Source of the DNA: Lingula anatina
Lineage: Eukaryota; Animalia; Brachiopoda
Direction: 5' to 3'
NCBI GenBank assembly: GCA_051362555.1
Contig: CM120644.1
Coordinates: 2,798,954 to 2,862,953, forward strand
DNA: 64,000 nucleotides
Every line of letters begins with the position of its first letter. The first letter of the stretch is position 1. The translations under genes were made by a program, and so were the position numbers. Positions 37,990 through 49,214 of the stretch are shown here, in pieces. The notes beneath the pieces are model-generated. The model was not told the origin of the DNA and did not search any database. It worked only from the letters and a program-made list of their open reading frames with translations.

Positions 37990-40900
37990 TATGTAGACAC
38001 TGGTGCGTCAAAAACAATTATATCATCCCACATTTATGAACAAATTCCTCATGACTTTAGACTGAACTGAAAAAGGCTAATAGAAAATTGCAGGTTGCAG
38101 ACAGTAGAAACATTGAAATTGAAGGCCACGTGGAAATAAAATTTCAATCTGGTGAAGAAGTGTTTGTATGGGACATGCTTGTAGCAAAAAAAAGGACTTC
38201 CTGTGCCATCATGATTTTTCACTGGGTGTGAACGGGCTGAAACTTATTGGGAAGAGAGTGGCTTGTTTAGTTGAGAAGGAACCAAAGCATGCCTTTAGAG
38301 TGGCAGTGACTAATGATGTTATTATTCCTGCAAACAATGAGTTGATCATAGAAGGGAGAGTTGATTCTAGCAAAATAAAATCAGGATTGAGACAGGTAGA
38401 GGAAATTCCAGAGAATCAAGTGATTTTCTGATCGGACATGTGCTAGTTGATCCTTTCAAAAGAGACAATAAAATACCTGTCAGACTCCTTAACCCTTCTA
38501 ATGAAGACATTTCTTTTGAAAGACACCTGCATTGCTCATTTACATGAGGTAGACCATGTGATTGGTGATAAACTTGCAGACTTAACCCCTGGTAAACCAA
38601 AGCCAGACTTAACCCTTCATAACCCAGAATTGCCTGAGTACCTGGCTGGCCTCTATAAAGAGTCAGGTAAGAATTTGACTGACTTTGAAAGATTTGAATT
38701 AAAGAAACTCCTGCAGAAGCACAGTGAAGTTTTTGCCAAGTCTTCCAGTGACATGGGTCACACATCTATCGTAAAGCATAAGATCGTCACAGGTGATGCA
38801 AGACCCATAAAACAGCAGCCCAGAAGACCCCCCTAGAGCGTTTGCTGGGGAAGAAGAGAAAATAATTAAGGAACAGCTACAAAATGGTGTTATTAGAGAG
38901 TCCACCTCACCTTGGTCATCTCCACTAGTTTATGTCAAGAAAAAGGATGAAACTACAAGACCATGTGTAGACTATAGACGCTTCAATGATGTAACAGTGA
39001 AAGATGCTTACCCTCTTCCTCAATTAAATGACTGTTTAGACTCTCTGGGTGGTTTGATTTTCTTTTCAATAGCTGATTGCCAGAACGGGTATTATCAAAT
39101 CGAGGTAGCAGAAGAAGATAAGCCTATAAGACTGCATTTGTGACCAGAAATGGTTTATACAAATATAATGTTATGCCTTTTGGTGTTTCCAATTCTCCTT
39201 CAACCTTCGAACGGTGCATGGAACTGATCTTCTGTGGTTTGCAATGGCAGACAGTGTTGATTTATCTTGATGACATTATTGTGTTTGGTAAATCGTTTGA
39301 AGAACATTATAAAAGACTTGACGAGGTTTTTAATCGTCTCGGGAAAGCAGGGCTAAAATTGAAGCCTAGCAAATGCAGGTTGTTCCAGACAGAAGTTAAG
39401 TTTTTGGGACATGTAGTGACACAAGATGGCGTTAAACCAGATCCTGAGAAGGTAGAGTGTATAAAGAAATGGCCAGTTCCCAGGAAGCTGACTGATGTAC
39501 GTTTTTTTCTAGGACTGTGCTCATGTGACGAAGCCATTGGCATGTCTTCGTCATGTTACGCGAGGTAGCAAATACAACTCAGATATTATCTTTCTTATTA
39601 TTTATTGAACTACTGTCCAGTTATTACCCGCGCCGCTTCCTTCATTTCTATTTCTACCTCATGCAATCTGTAGCGGCCTTCTCTCCGTTCACACTAAGCG
39701 CAGTTGTATAAATACCATAAGAGCATGTCAATCAACTTAAGTTACTCTACTAAACACTCCCCGCTCTTATTCGCTGCATGCTGTCACTTACTAACGTTAC
39801 ACTCATATTATCGTAGATTTATTATTTTAAACAAGAGCTGCTCCAATTAAGTACCTGCTCCAGGCCGGCCAGGCGTTTACTTGGACGGACTCTTGTCAGA
39901 CAGCATTTGAGGACCTTAAAAGTGCTCTTTTGGGTAATGAAGTAATGGCGTATCCGAAAGATCAAGGATTGTACATTCTTGACACTGATATGCTTCAGCC
40001 ACGGGCATTGGTGCCGTTTTATCTCAGTAACAGTGGTGTGAGAAGACCCAGAAAGAAATAAAGAAAACAGTCGCGTATGCAATTAAGTCATTGACGAAAA
40101 CTCAACGCCGCTACTGCGTGACAAGAAAAGAACTGCTTGCCATTGTTACCTTTGTTCAACAATTTAGACACCATATATTGGGTAGACAGTTTTTGGTACG
40201 AAGCGATCACAGTGCCCTCCGATGGGTTATGTCCTTTAAGGAGCCCAATGATCAGATGGCCAGATGGCTGGAAGTGCTATCACAGTATGATTTTAAAATA
40301 GAACACCGAGCAGGGGCTAGACACGGTAACGCAGATGCAATATCGAGGTTTCCATGCGACCCAGACGAGTGTCCATGCTATGATGGGGAGTCCATTTTTA
40401 GCAATTTGCCATGCGAGGGTTGCGTACAATGTAAAAAGAAACATGAACAGTGGTCTGAATATTTGGAAGAAGATGCCGTCCCTTTAGTAACCAGACGAAT
40501 GACAGAAAACCGAAAGAAAGAACCAAACCAGACAATGGAGTCTGCGACAGTGGTCAAGCATCGGGAAACCAAAGAAAATGTCCAATAAAACATGTGTATA
40601 CAGCAGCTTGTTCAGTTTTATTGACAGGTCATTACATCCTACTGACATTGTTCTTTGCAACCCTGAGCTGGGTGACCATGAAGTTCAAGTGTATCTTTAA
40701 GGAAGTTAGAGCACTTTCTCTTCGTAGAATGAGTTTCCAAGAAAAAGGAAGTGCTGCCTAGAGAAAACTTGACATTCAAGGATCAGGATTTTTCTCATGA
40801 TGATGAAGATACAGATCTCAGTGAATCTGAGAATGACAGAGATAGACTTCCAGCCTAGTGGCTGGGCAGTTACACTGCGAATGAATTGTTGAATTTGCAG

Positions 40901-42404
40901 CGTAAAGACCTCGAGTTGAAGACTGTGCTGGACTGGAAGGAACAGTCATCACAGAGACCAGAAAGAGATAAAGTGGCCGCAGAAAGTCCTGCAGTGCGAC
41001 AGTTATGGTTGCTTTGGGACCAACTCGTGCTACAGGAGGGCATTTTATATAAAAGATGGGAAACTTTAGATATGACAGGTTCCTTTTTATAGATATTGGT
41101 TCCGAAAGAGATGAGGAATGAGGTGATGAAGGGCGGACATGACAAAGTCACGTCAGGTCACCTTGGCGTCAAGAAAACAGTGAGCAAGTTGAAAAGACAC
41201 TTCTACTGGTACAAGATGAAAGAAAGTGTACGAGATTACATAAGAAGATGTGCTATATGTGGTGGGAGAAAAAGACCACGGCCAAGACCCAAGGCTCCTT
41301 TGCCAATATATGCTGTAGGCGCTCCCATGGACAGAGTGGCAACAGACATCTTACGACCTTTTCCAGTCAGTGAAAGAGGCAATAAATGTATTCTTTTAGC
41401 AATGGACCAGTTTTCCAAATGGGTGGAGTGCTATGCCATCCCTGACATGTCAGCTAAAACTGTAGCACACAAGCTAGTGACAGACTTTTTCTCTAGATTT
41501 GGCCTATCCCTTGATCTCCATTCAGACCAAGGTAGCAACTATGAGTCACAGTTATTCAAACAAGTAGGTCAAGTAGTATAAATAAATAAAACCCGAGCAT
41601 CCAGCTATCATCCCTCAGGAAATGGAATGGTGGAGAGATTCAATATTGTGTTATGTGACATGATATCAGCTTGGTGTCAGAAGACCAACGGGATTGGGAC
41701 ATTTTTTTTTTTTTTTTTTTTTTGACTTTATTGACTGCAGCATACAGGTGTTGTAAACATGAAAGCACTGGTTATTCCCCTAATTTGCTTATGTTAGGCA
41801 GAGAAGTTCACACAGCTACAGAACTTATCTTTGGAAAAACACCAGAAGACCAATCTGTGACGTCTCCTTCAGAGTATGTCAAAATGTTGCAAGAAAAAAT
41901 GACTAGAATTCATGAAATAGTGAGATTGCATTTGAAAAAGGACTTTCAAAGGCAGAAAAGAGACCACGACACCCGTATTTCGCAAAACAACTATAAAGTT
42001 GGTGACTTGGTGTATTTACTAGATAGCACTAGAACAGTGGGACTGAGCCCAAAGCTGAAACGTGATAAATGGCAAGGACCTTTTGTTGTCAAAAAGCACA
42101 GTGATTTGTTGTTTGCAGTGAAAGGCAAACCTAAGTGTAAAATGAAGATTGTGCACCATGACAGTCTTAAGCCATTTTAAGTGACCGAGTTCCAGATTGG
42201 GTGTCAAATTTGCAGAAATGTTTACATAAAGGTAATTATGTAGAAGGCAGTCCACTGAAACATAAAGGAAGTGCCATCAAACACAGGATGAAGCAGCATG
42301 GCCAATCTAAACAGGTGCAAGTTTCCCAGAACCAACCTGACAGCAATTTGAGAAATGAGGGAAGACCACAAAGGAAAAGAAAGACCTCCCAAGAGATTTG
42401 CTGA
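37990..42404 (+). pseudogene. pol: pol pseudogene: protease, reverse transcriptase, RNase H, integrase
   Basis: VDTGA at ~37993; MPFGVSNSPSTF and YLDD (39263-39274); RYCVTRKELLAIV and SDHSALRW (RNase H); HDKVTSGHLG..CAIC, ATDIL, HSDQGSNYES and GPF (integrase). Many stops and frameshifts, plus a poly-T insertion at ~41702-41723. Confidence 0.93.
39524..39801 (-). mobile_element. 278-bp solo LTR inserted in pol
   Basis: TGTGACG...CGTTACA termini, 4-bp TSD CTCA (39520-39523 and 39802-39805), and it splits FLGLCS|YYRRF. AATAAA on the minus strand at ~39601-39606. Confidence 0.88.
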
Positions 42405-42414
42405 TTTACTGTAA

Positions 42415-42610
42415 CGAACTATGAACTTTAAAGTGACCATTATTATTAATGAGACAATGAACTTTAAAGTGAACAATATTATATGTCAGACTATGAACTT
42501 TTAAATGATGATCATTTTTAATCCAATGTTGAACTTTTAGAGTAACTTTATTAATCCAAGTGATATTGAACGATTGAATGAACTTTATGAATTGACTGAA
42601 CTTTTGACTG
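42415..42610 (+). repeat. Degenerate ATGAACTTT(A) repeats in the Gypsy 3' non-coding region
   Basis: TGAACTTT recurs about 6 times at ~20-45 bp spacing. Confidence 0.7.
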
Positions 42611-44339
42611 CTTAAATGTTTCAGAATATTTTAAGTTTTAACTGATTTAAGTAGTGTACTGGAGCAGATCCCCGGTGGGATCAGACCTACTATCATTACA
42701 ATCTCTCTTTGTATTTTGGTTTACTGACAGTTGGCCAGGGGGTCCCAAGATCTTAACCTTAAAATGTTATTTACATACAGGTTTTTATTTAATAATCCTT
42801 CATGATTATTCTATGCATTTTGCAACGACCAAAGTTTAATAATTTATCTTTTTGCATAACAACCACGACGTGCCTTAATTGTGGGGATCTAAGCTGACTG
42901 TATATTTGGGAAAAAACGCACTCCCGAGCTAATTTTTTAAAAAATAAAACACAATATTTTTAAAGTCCACCCTCCCTCCCCTGTTAAACTTTCCTTTTTA
43001 TTAACCAAACGAAACTTCGAAAAGCATTTCGTGAGAAGTTTAAAATAATATCTCAGTGCCCGACCCAGGAATCAAACCCGAATCCTACCCTCTACCACAA
43101 GATATCCACAGATATGCCTTAAGATAAAGTGACAGTCATTTCATTTTCTGGCGTTTTCAAAATTTTCCTATAATATATCTGTCACCCTGGTAAAGGGTAT
43201 CCGAACCCCTACGTTATCATTTAACGATGACAGTATGCATACATTTTGGGAACGTTTATTACGTGAAACAAAAATCCTTAATATACATGTAGTAGTAATT
43301 CACTTTTTAAAACATCTATTCATGGAACAATTATTTCAAATGAATTTTTAAATTAAAGTTTCAGTGCAAGTTTTGAAATTTCAGCTATGTAAGACAAAGT
43401 ATTAGTATGTGCGTTTACACTCATTCAGAAAGGTAAAGTACAAAATTTGATTTTAGTTGTTAAAATAAAACATCAATAATCCATCAAACGCCACCTGGGG
43501 GTGGGGGGGGGGGTGATTTTATGCACAAGAAGTGTTCTAGAGGACCAAACCGTGGAGCGGTTTGATTTATCAAAGTGCTATTCCAGAAAATATTTTCTCT
43601 ACTTTAACGTCTTTTCTTCCGCGCCGTACTGTACCTCGTGTTTGTCTCTTTTTCCCTCAATTTTAGTTAAGAACAATCGAAAATTGTATGATACTGCGTG
43701 CTAGCTCACTTCCGTGTTATCTATTTTATTAATTGATTATTTATTATTATGGAAGATAAAGGAGCTAAGTGAGGGGAAAGTGCCCCTCTCATCCTCCCCT
43801 TGGTGCGCCATTGTAGACGCTTATCACGAGTTTGTTCCTTTATAAAAATACAATATAATATTAGTCTATCTAATATGCATATGCATTTATCTCCTTTTTA
43901 TTGTATTATGAACATTCCATGCGATAAGATTGATTTTGATTAATTATTTATCACTTCGCCATGTCGCAACAACCACAATACCCGAATTGAACAAATTACG
44001 TGTTGCAACTAACATAATCTCGAAGCTTAACATTGACTCAACTAGCAGAATGAGTGGTATTATACTGCATACAATGACCATTATTTGTTACCTTAAAATT
44101 AAAACTTCAGTAAAATTAAAGATGAGAAAATATAATTTTCAATTTAATATAAATCACATATTGGAAAAAGCTGTACATAACGCCTCTCTCTTTAACAGCA
44201 TCATTCGGAACATTCTGAATCAATTTCTTTCAGGTTTAACTCGTAACACCGATTGAAATAATTTGTAAATTATTAGTCGTTTGGCATATAAAAATATTTA
44301 CAGAATACAAAATTCTAAGTAGGCATACTGATGACAACT

Positions 44340-47300
44340 TTATATTCTATCATACTGGCTCCTTCTGCACTTCCCGACGAGAAACATGACACCGTCCTGA
44401 AAAAAAAAAGCCAACAGTTAATAACACTTTATTTGTATTTATTGACAGCAATAACTTTACTTAGCAATTAATTTTCAGTAATACCCTATTTTATGCATGT
44501 CTACTCATAGATTCATGTTTTCCTACTACAGACGTGGTACATGTAGCCCGCCTATATGACTTTGTCATTAGGGTTTTTTAAAGTCAAGTTTGACATATAA
44601 AACAATGACATCTAAAAAAGTTTTGTTCATCTATCATATCATTGCCCTGATTTTGATTTTTAAAATGTATTCGCCCTAACAAGAGCATCCAGAGCAGTGC
44701 AAAGAGACAAGTGCGTGAGGGAGGGGGGAGGGGCAGCTATTTCTGGCCTACAGTACATGTACTTGTGAGTATGGCCCCATTCAGAATAGGGGACTAACTA
44801 GTCCGAGAGTAAAATCTGGCACCCCACTCCAGCGCTAAAAGACACTGAACAGATATCCCGTGGGGAAGTATTCAAGTGGGTCAGCCATATTTGATCCTCG
44901 GACTTGTTAGTCCCCTATTTTGAATGGACCTTATGCCGTACTAGTAGGTTATTTATACCGGCTGTGTTACTTATCTATATAGATGCTGATTGAAGGGAGG
45001 GTAAGAAGGTTCTAATGGACTGAGAAAAATAAAAAGGATAACAATGTATAAAACTCCATTAACATTTTTTTTTCAAATCAAGCGATGACGCTAACCTCGC
45101 GAAAGCGCATGTCTTTTAGAACCACCGAAAAAGGCCGATAATATCCGATGTATACAGTTCATCTCCTCACCTTTATCAACTGAAAGAATGTCTTCCACAG
45201 GCCCAAATTCGGTATTAACTCCATCCCCGTGGATTTCTTTACAAATTTAGTATACAGCACTCCTCCTATGAGATATACAGCAAGAACGCAGAAGAACCTA
45301 ATAACAAAAATGGTTACAGTGGTTGCGTCCAGACCGGTGACTGTGTGGCAAGAATGGTAGTCCGCTAGGAACCGCTGTCTGATCCTCGTCATCCTGTACA
45401 GGTGACAATATACTGCGACTAACTCTTACCTGGACTTATCATATTGGACTTCCATTCCTAGGACTACCATTGCTGTCACACCAGTTTTATTTTAAAAGGG
45501 TGTTATATTAGTAGATACCGTTATTATAAGAGGCAACTACGACGAGCTTAAATCGAACGTGTTTTTTTTTCTATATTTTAAGGTTTTAACAAGCAATAAT
45601 AATCGTTGTAATGCAAGTATATTTTTATACTTGTATTTCGTAGGGTACAGAAAACAAATTTAGGGGTGACGTAACGAGAGAATCAGGCAATACAATTTCA
45701 AAGAATGAGAAATACGAAATTATATACGCTGTACTTACTGACTATATTAGCATTTCCTAATAAATGAAAAGAAAAAATACATTTATATCTATGAGACCCA
45801 TTCTGGAATATTCGGTCGATTCCGCACATTGAACCATATAAAACTTTAATCTACACAGATTTGATTAGATACGGAATCACCCGAGGATGGCCGAGTGCTG
45901 CGATACCTACACGATGATGATGACGGTTCCTGCACTCAGACCTGGCGTGCAAAGTCCTGGGCATGCGCACTTGTGACTGATACTTAAAAACTACAAAGAA
46001 AATACAAAAATTAATAACTTTGCCAAGCAATATCATCTTTGAACGACAAGAACATATTTTCCAAAACCCAGCGTTAGCGCCGTTGTGCAATAAATACTAC
46101 CTTTACGAAAAAGTCCTATAGGATCCTACAGGATCTTATAAGATCACATTGGACTTTGTTAGGATGACTTAATATCTGTCAATCTTAATCCCATTTGTAG
46201 GTTGATAAAGGTTCCATCGGGAAATTTAAAACTTTGTTAAGGGGACAGAGCCCGGGGGCCGTACGGGGACATTCGCTCACCAAATATAATAATATAATAA
46301 GAGTCCGTTCACACGGAAAGTCTATTTTCTAAAAATCTATTTTCTATTCGCGGTATCTTGTAATCACGGTGGCTGTGCCCTGTATATCCCGAGAATTAAT
46401 TACAGCTTTGGAAGTAACTGGCTAGCGCCGCCAGTAATTACGCCGCGGGATATTCAGGGCACATGGACCGTGATTACAAGATACCGCGAATAGAAAATAG
46501 ATTTTTAGAAAATAGACTTGTCATGTGAACGGGGCCTAAGTAGACTTGGACAAATTTATAAAGAGGCGTATGGCACAGGGACAGAATGAAATGCTTGGAT
46601 TAGTAAACTGTGTTTCGGGAGGAAGAAGTGGAATGGTGAAGGATCTTTCATGTTGAGGGACGTGGGGGGGGGGGGGGGATTCCCTTTCTCCCCGTTTCTC
46701 CTCTGGCAGACATAACTCCATGATCCATGTACTTACATAGGGAGCATTCCCAGTGACGGTGCCTATTGCGATGTACTTACATAGGGAGCATTCCCAGTGA
46801 CGGTGCCTATTGCGATGTACTTACATAGGGAGCATTCCCAGTGACGGTGCCTATTGCGATGTACTTACATAGGGAGCATTCCCAGTGACGGTGCCTATTG
46901 CGATGTACTTACATAGGGAGCATTCCCAGTGACGGTGCCTATTGCGATGTACTTACATAGGGAGCATTCCCTGTGACGGTGCCTATTGCGATGTACTTAC
47001 ATAGGGAGCATTCCCCGTGACGGTGCCTATTGCGATGTAATCAGCCGTGTCAGTGATGGTTTTGTTACATACCAGTGTGACGATGGTGACTCTGTAAAAG
47101 TGAGGGATTGATTACCACAAACGGTGAGACTATCAGTCCCGTTATGTGATGTCACACGCATACATTGCATATACATCCGCACATTTCTGTGGACCATCAC
47201 TGATGGCACTGTCGAAATATTCTAAAAAGGATACCTTACTTGCATAAGTTGTTTTATAAGTCATTATAAGCTGTGTAGATGTCATAATTTTCTTTTATTC

Positions 47301-49214
47301 ACTAGACTGTGTACTCCTGATCATTACATGTGATGATGTTATAACTTACTGTTCTTGGCCTGTAGAGTTCTGTGTATACGTCACAATGAGTTCATTGGAG
47401 GCAGGGTCAACATTCCACAGAGAACCATCCTGCTTTCCAATAGGGATGTTCTGGTTCTGAAGGTTTTGGCACGCCTGTGAAGATATATGAAATGAAACAG
47501 CATTTTACGTGAAAATAGGGTCGGTGGAGTGTACCAACACAAATGGGAATCGCCCCTAATGACCTTAAGGCGGAAAATCAAAGGAGGTGTGGGAGGAGAG
47601 AGGGGCCAGGGATAATCAAAGACAAGCAGGTGCAATGCGATAACGAATAAAAAATGAACCAAATACATTATAAAATGTATAAATAATATTTTTCTGGTTG
47701 TTTTCTTTTAACTGTTTCAGTTTCTTTTTGCACAACAGTATGTAATCAGACACCTCGTTATTCGCGAGAACTTATACATGTAATCGTCGCTGAACTACGA
47801 AGCCTAATTATTCGAGAACGACGTGAGTAGGATATGCGTTTTGAAACGAGGCTGGTTTCAACCGATATTTGACATAATATGATAGCAAATCATAACAGTT
47901 TGTGCTTTTGGGTTTAAAATAAGAATATGTAAATATAAACAAAACTGTCGTGAGTTTTCTATCACAGTAGTCCTCTTTGGAGAGAGATCGTAAGTAAAAG
48001 AAATGCATTATAAATTTAGATTTAAATTAATTTTAAATATATATATTACCAGTGTATCTAAGTTTTGTCTCACACACTTAAAATACGTAAGGTGATATTG
48101 AGAGTATTTACCGCCACATTTTCACACGCTCCGTCTGTAAAAGGGTAGCACGGGTTGTACGAGTACTTCACACTGTTAGGATCCAAGCCTGAGAATCTGC
48201 ACAAAAATATTTTAAAAAGTTGTGTGAGGTGAACAAGCGAGAATACATGTATTACCGCCCTCTTCTTACAAGACCATACTCCTAACCATAGTTACAGCAA
48301 GGAGTTATAACAGAAGGATACAGTCAGTGGTTGATGATGTCGAGAAGGTTGGGTCAAGGTCGAGAAGGTTAGGTCAAGGTCGAAAAGGTCAGCTCATGGT
48401 GGAGAAGGTCAGGTGACATATGGAGAGGATCAGAACCACCGGTGCATGACAGGCGCCTCGGAAGTGGTTCTAATCAGAAAATAAAGTTAAGTGTACCTGT
48501 GGAGGTGGGGGGTACCTTTTCGTACGTTTTCTGATTAGTTTTTGTGTCTGACGTTATCTTTCACTAATTTAACATCCAAACAATCTAACTAGCTAAATAA
48601 AACTTGTAGTGGGTATAGGTGAAAAAGCATACTTTTGCAGTATCCCCCCACCCTCTTAAATTCCCCTATTTTATTTTTATGTTAAGGCGACTTTCATCAA
48701 TGTCTCTACATTTCAAATAGATTTTATGCAATACAAACAATAGTTTGGAATGTAAGTAGATAATTTTTTATATTTTAATTAAACTTTCAAACTCGATGGC
48801 AAATAGGATTACAGCAAATTTATTTTAATATCGGAGGCACTGGTCATAGTCACCACACAAATTAATAAATAGAAAAGATATCGAAATCAGAGTTATATGG
48901 GGGGGGAGGGGACTGCAATAGTGCCGAAAAAGTAGGAACGGGACACCAGTCCCAAACAAATCACCCCACACATTGAATGACATTCCAATGAGATGAACAA
49001 ATACTGTATCTTCGTGTACAATATATTATACTTACGCGGGTTTGCCGTCCGTCCTCCCCAGTGTGGCAATGTCCACCAACCCAGAACCGTCATCCATTTG
49101 GCAGGAACAATCGTTTACCTTGACACAGTCTCTTGCCGCGGCAATATTGAATGTAAAACTTAATACCAAACTCCATGCCAACATCATACAAAGCACGTTC
49201 TCTTTCTTGTCCAT
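44340..49214 (-). CDS. MRH-domain type I membrane protein, cation-dependent mannose-6-phosphate receptor/ATG27-like, paralog A (247 aa)
   Basis: Seven coding exons with GT-AG introns, all in frame: 49214-49036, 48196-48112, 47474-47350, 47091-47001, 45990-45911, 45297-45171, 44396-44340. Signal peptide, DCSC..DDGSG.VDI, YNPC, ACQ, CACP, TM GLSAGTVIIIVFFCVLAVYLIGG, GMELIPN..LW..DG, and C-terminal YDRI. Confidence 0.88.
44773..44931. mobile_element. MITE with ~35-bp TIRs (intron 6 of paralog A); related half copy at ~52515-52550
   Basis: CCATTCAGAATAGGGGACTAACTAGTCCGAG is inverted as CTCGGACTTGTTAGTCCCCTATTTTGAATGG. Confidence 0.75.
46301..46536. mobile_element. Foldback MITE, PIF/Harbinger (Tourist)-like
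   Basis: Nearly whole-length palindrome with ~100-bp arms, flanked by TAA on both sides. Confidence 0.85.
46727..47039. repeat. 44-bp minisatellite x7 spanning the exon 4 end and splice donor of paralog A
   Basis: ATGTACTTACATAGGGAGCATTCCCAGTGACGGTGCCTATTGCG at 46727 + 44n. Confidence 0.97.
48339..48415. repeat. Short ~20-bp degenerate tandem repeat (GTCGAGAAGGTTAGGTCAAG)
   Basis: About 4 imperfect copies in intron 1 of paralog A. Confidence 0.7.

Larger units (their letters stand above)
14804..38821. repeat. 24-kb tandem macrosatellite, 8 units in order L L S L S L S L
   Basis: Unit starts (CACCTTTATCTGG) at 14804, 18122, 21435, 23924, 27234, 29723, 33030 and 35517; periods 3318, 3313, 2489, 3310, 2489, 3307, 2487. 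The ORF track repeats almost identically in every unit. Confidence 0.97.
36660..42760 (+). mobile_element. Degraded, 5'-truncated Ty3/Gypsy LTR retrotransposon (gag-PR-RT-RH-IN) that is the parent of the array; no LTR identified
   Basis: Array unit 8 continues as QQPRRPP into RT. Domain order PR-RT-RH-IN is diagnostic of Gypsy/BEL, and the motifs are Gypsy-like. Confidence 0.92.

Noticed and set aside
14804-38821. Array made directly by Helentron rolling-circle transposition
   Set aside because: Unit joints lie ~1.06 kb and ~1.6 kb from the HINE termini and carry filler DNA. An indirect role for the HINE cannot be excluded.
43055-43090. tRNA gene (B-box-like GGTTTGATTCC on the minus strand)
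   Set aside because: No cloverleaf or A box could be built; at most a decayed SINE head.
43930-44256. 108-aa plus-strand ORF
   Set aside because: Non-ATG start, AT-rich, no motif, and antisense to the expected 3' UTR of paralog A.
46727-47039. CRISPR-like regular repeat
   Set aside because: Units are head to tail with no unique spacers, there are no cas genes, and it is a duplicated exon/intron boundary in a spliced gene.
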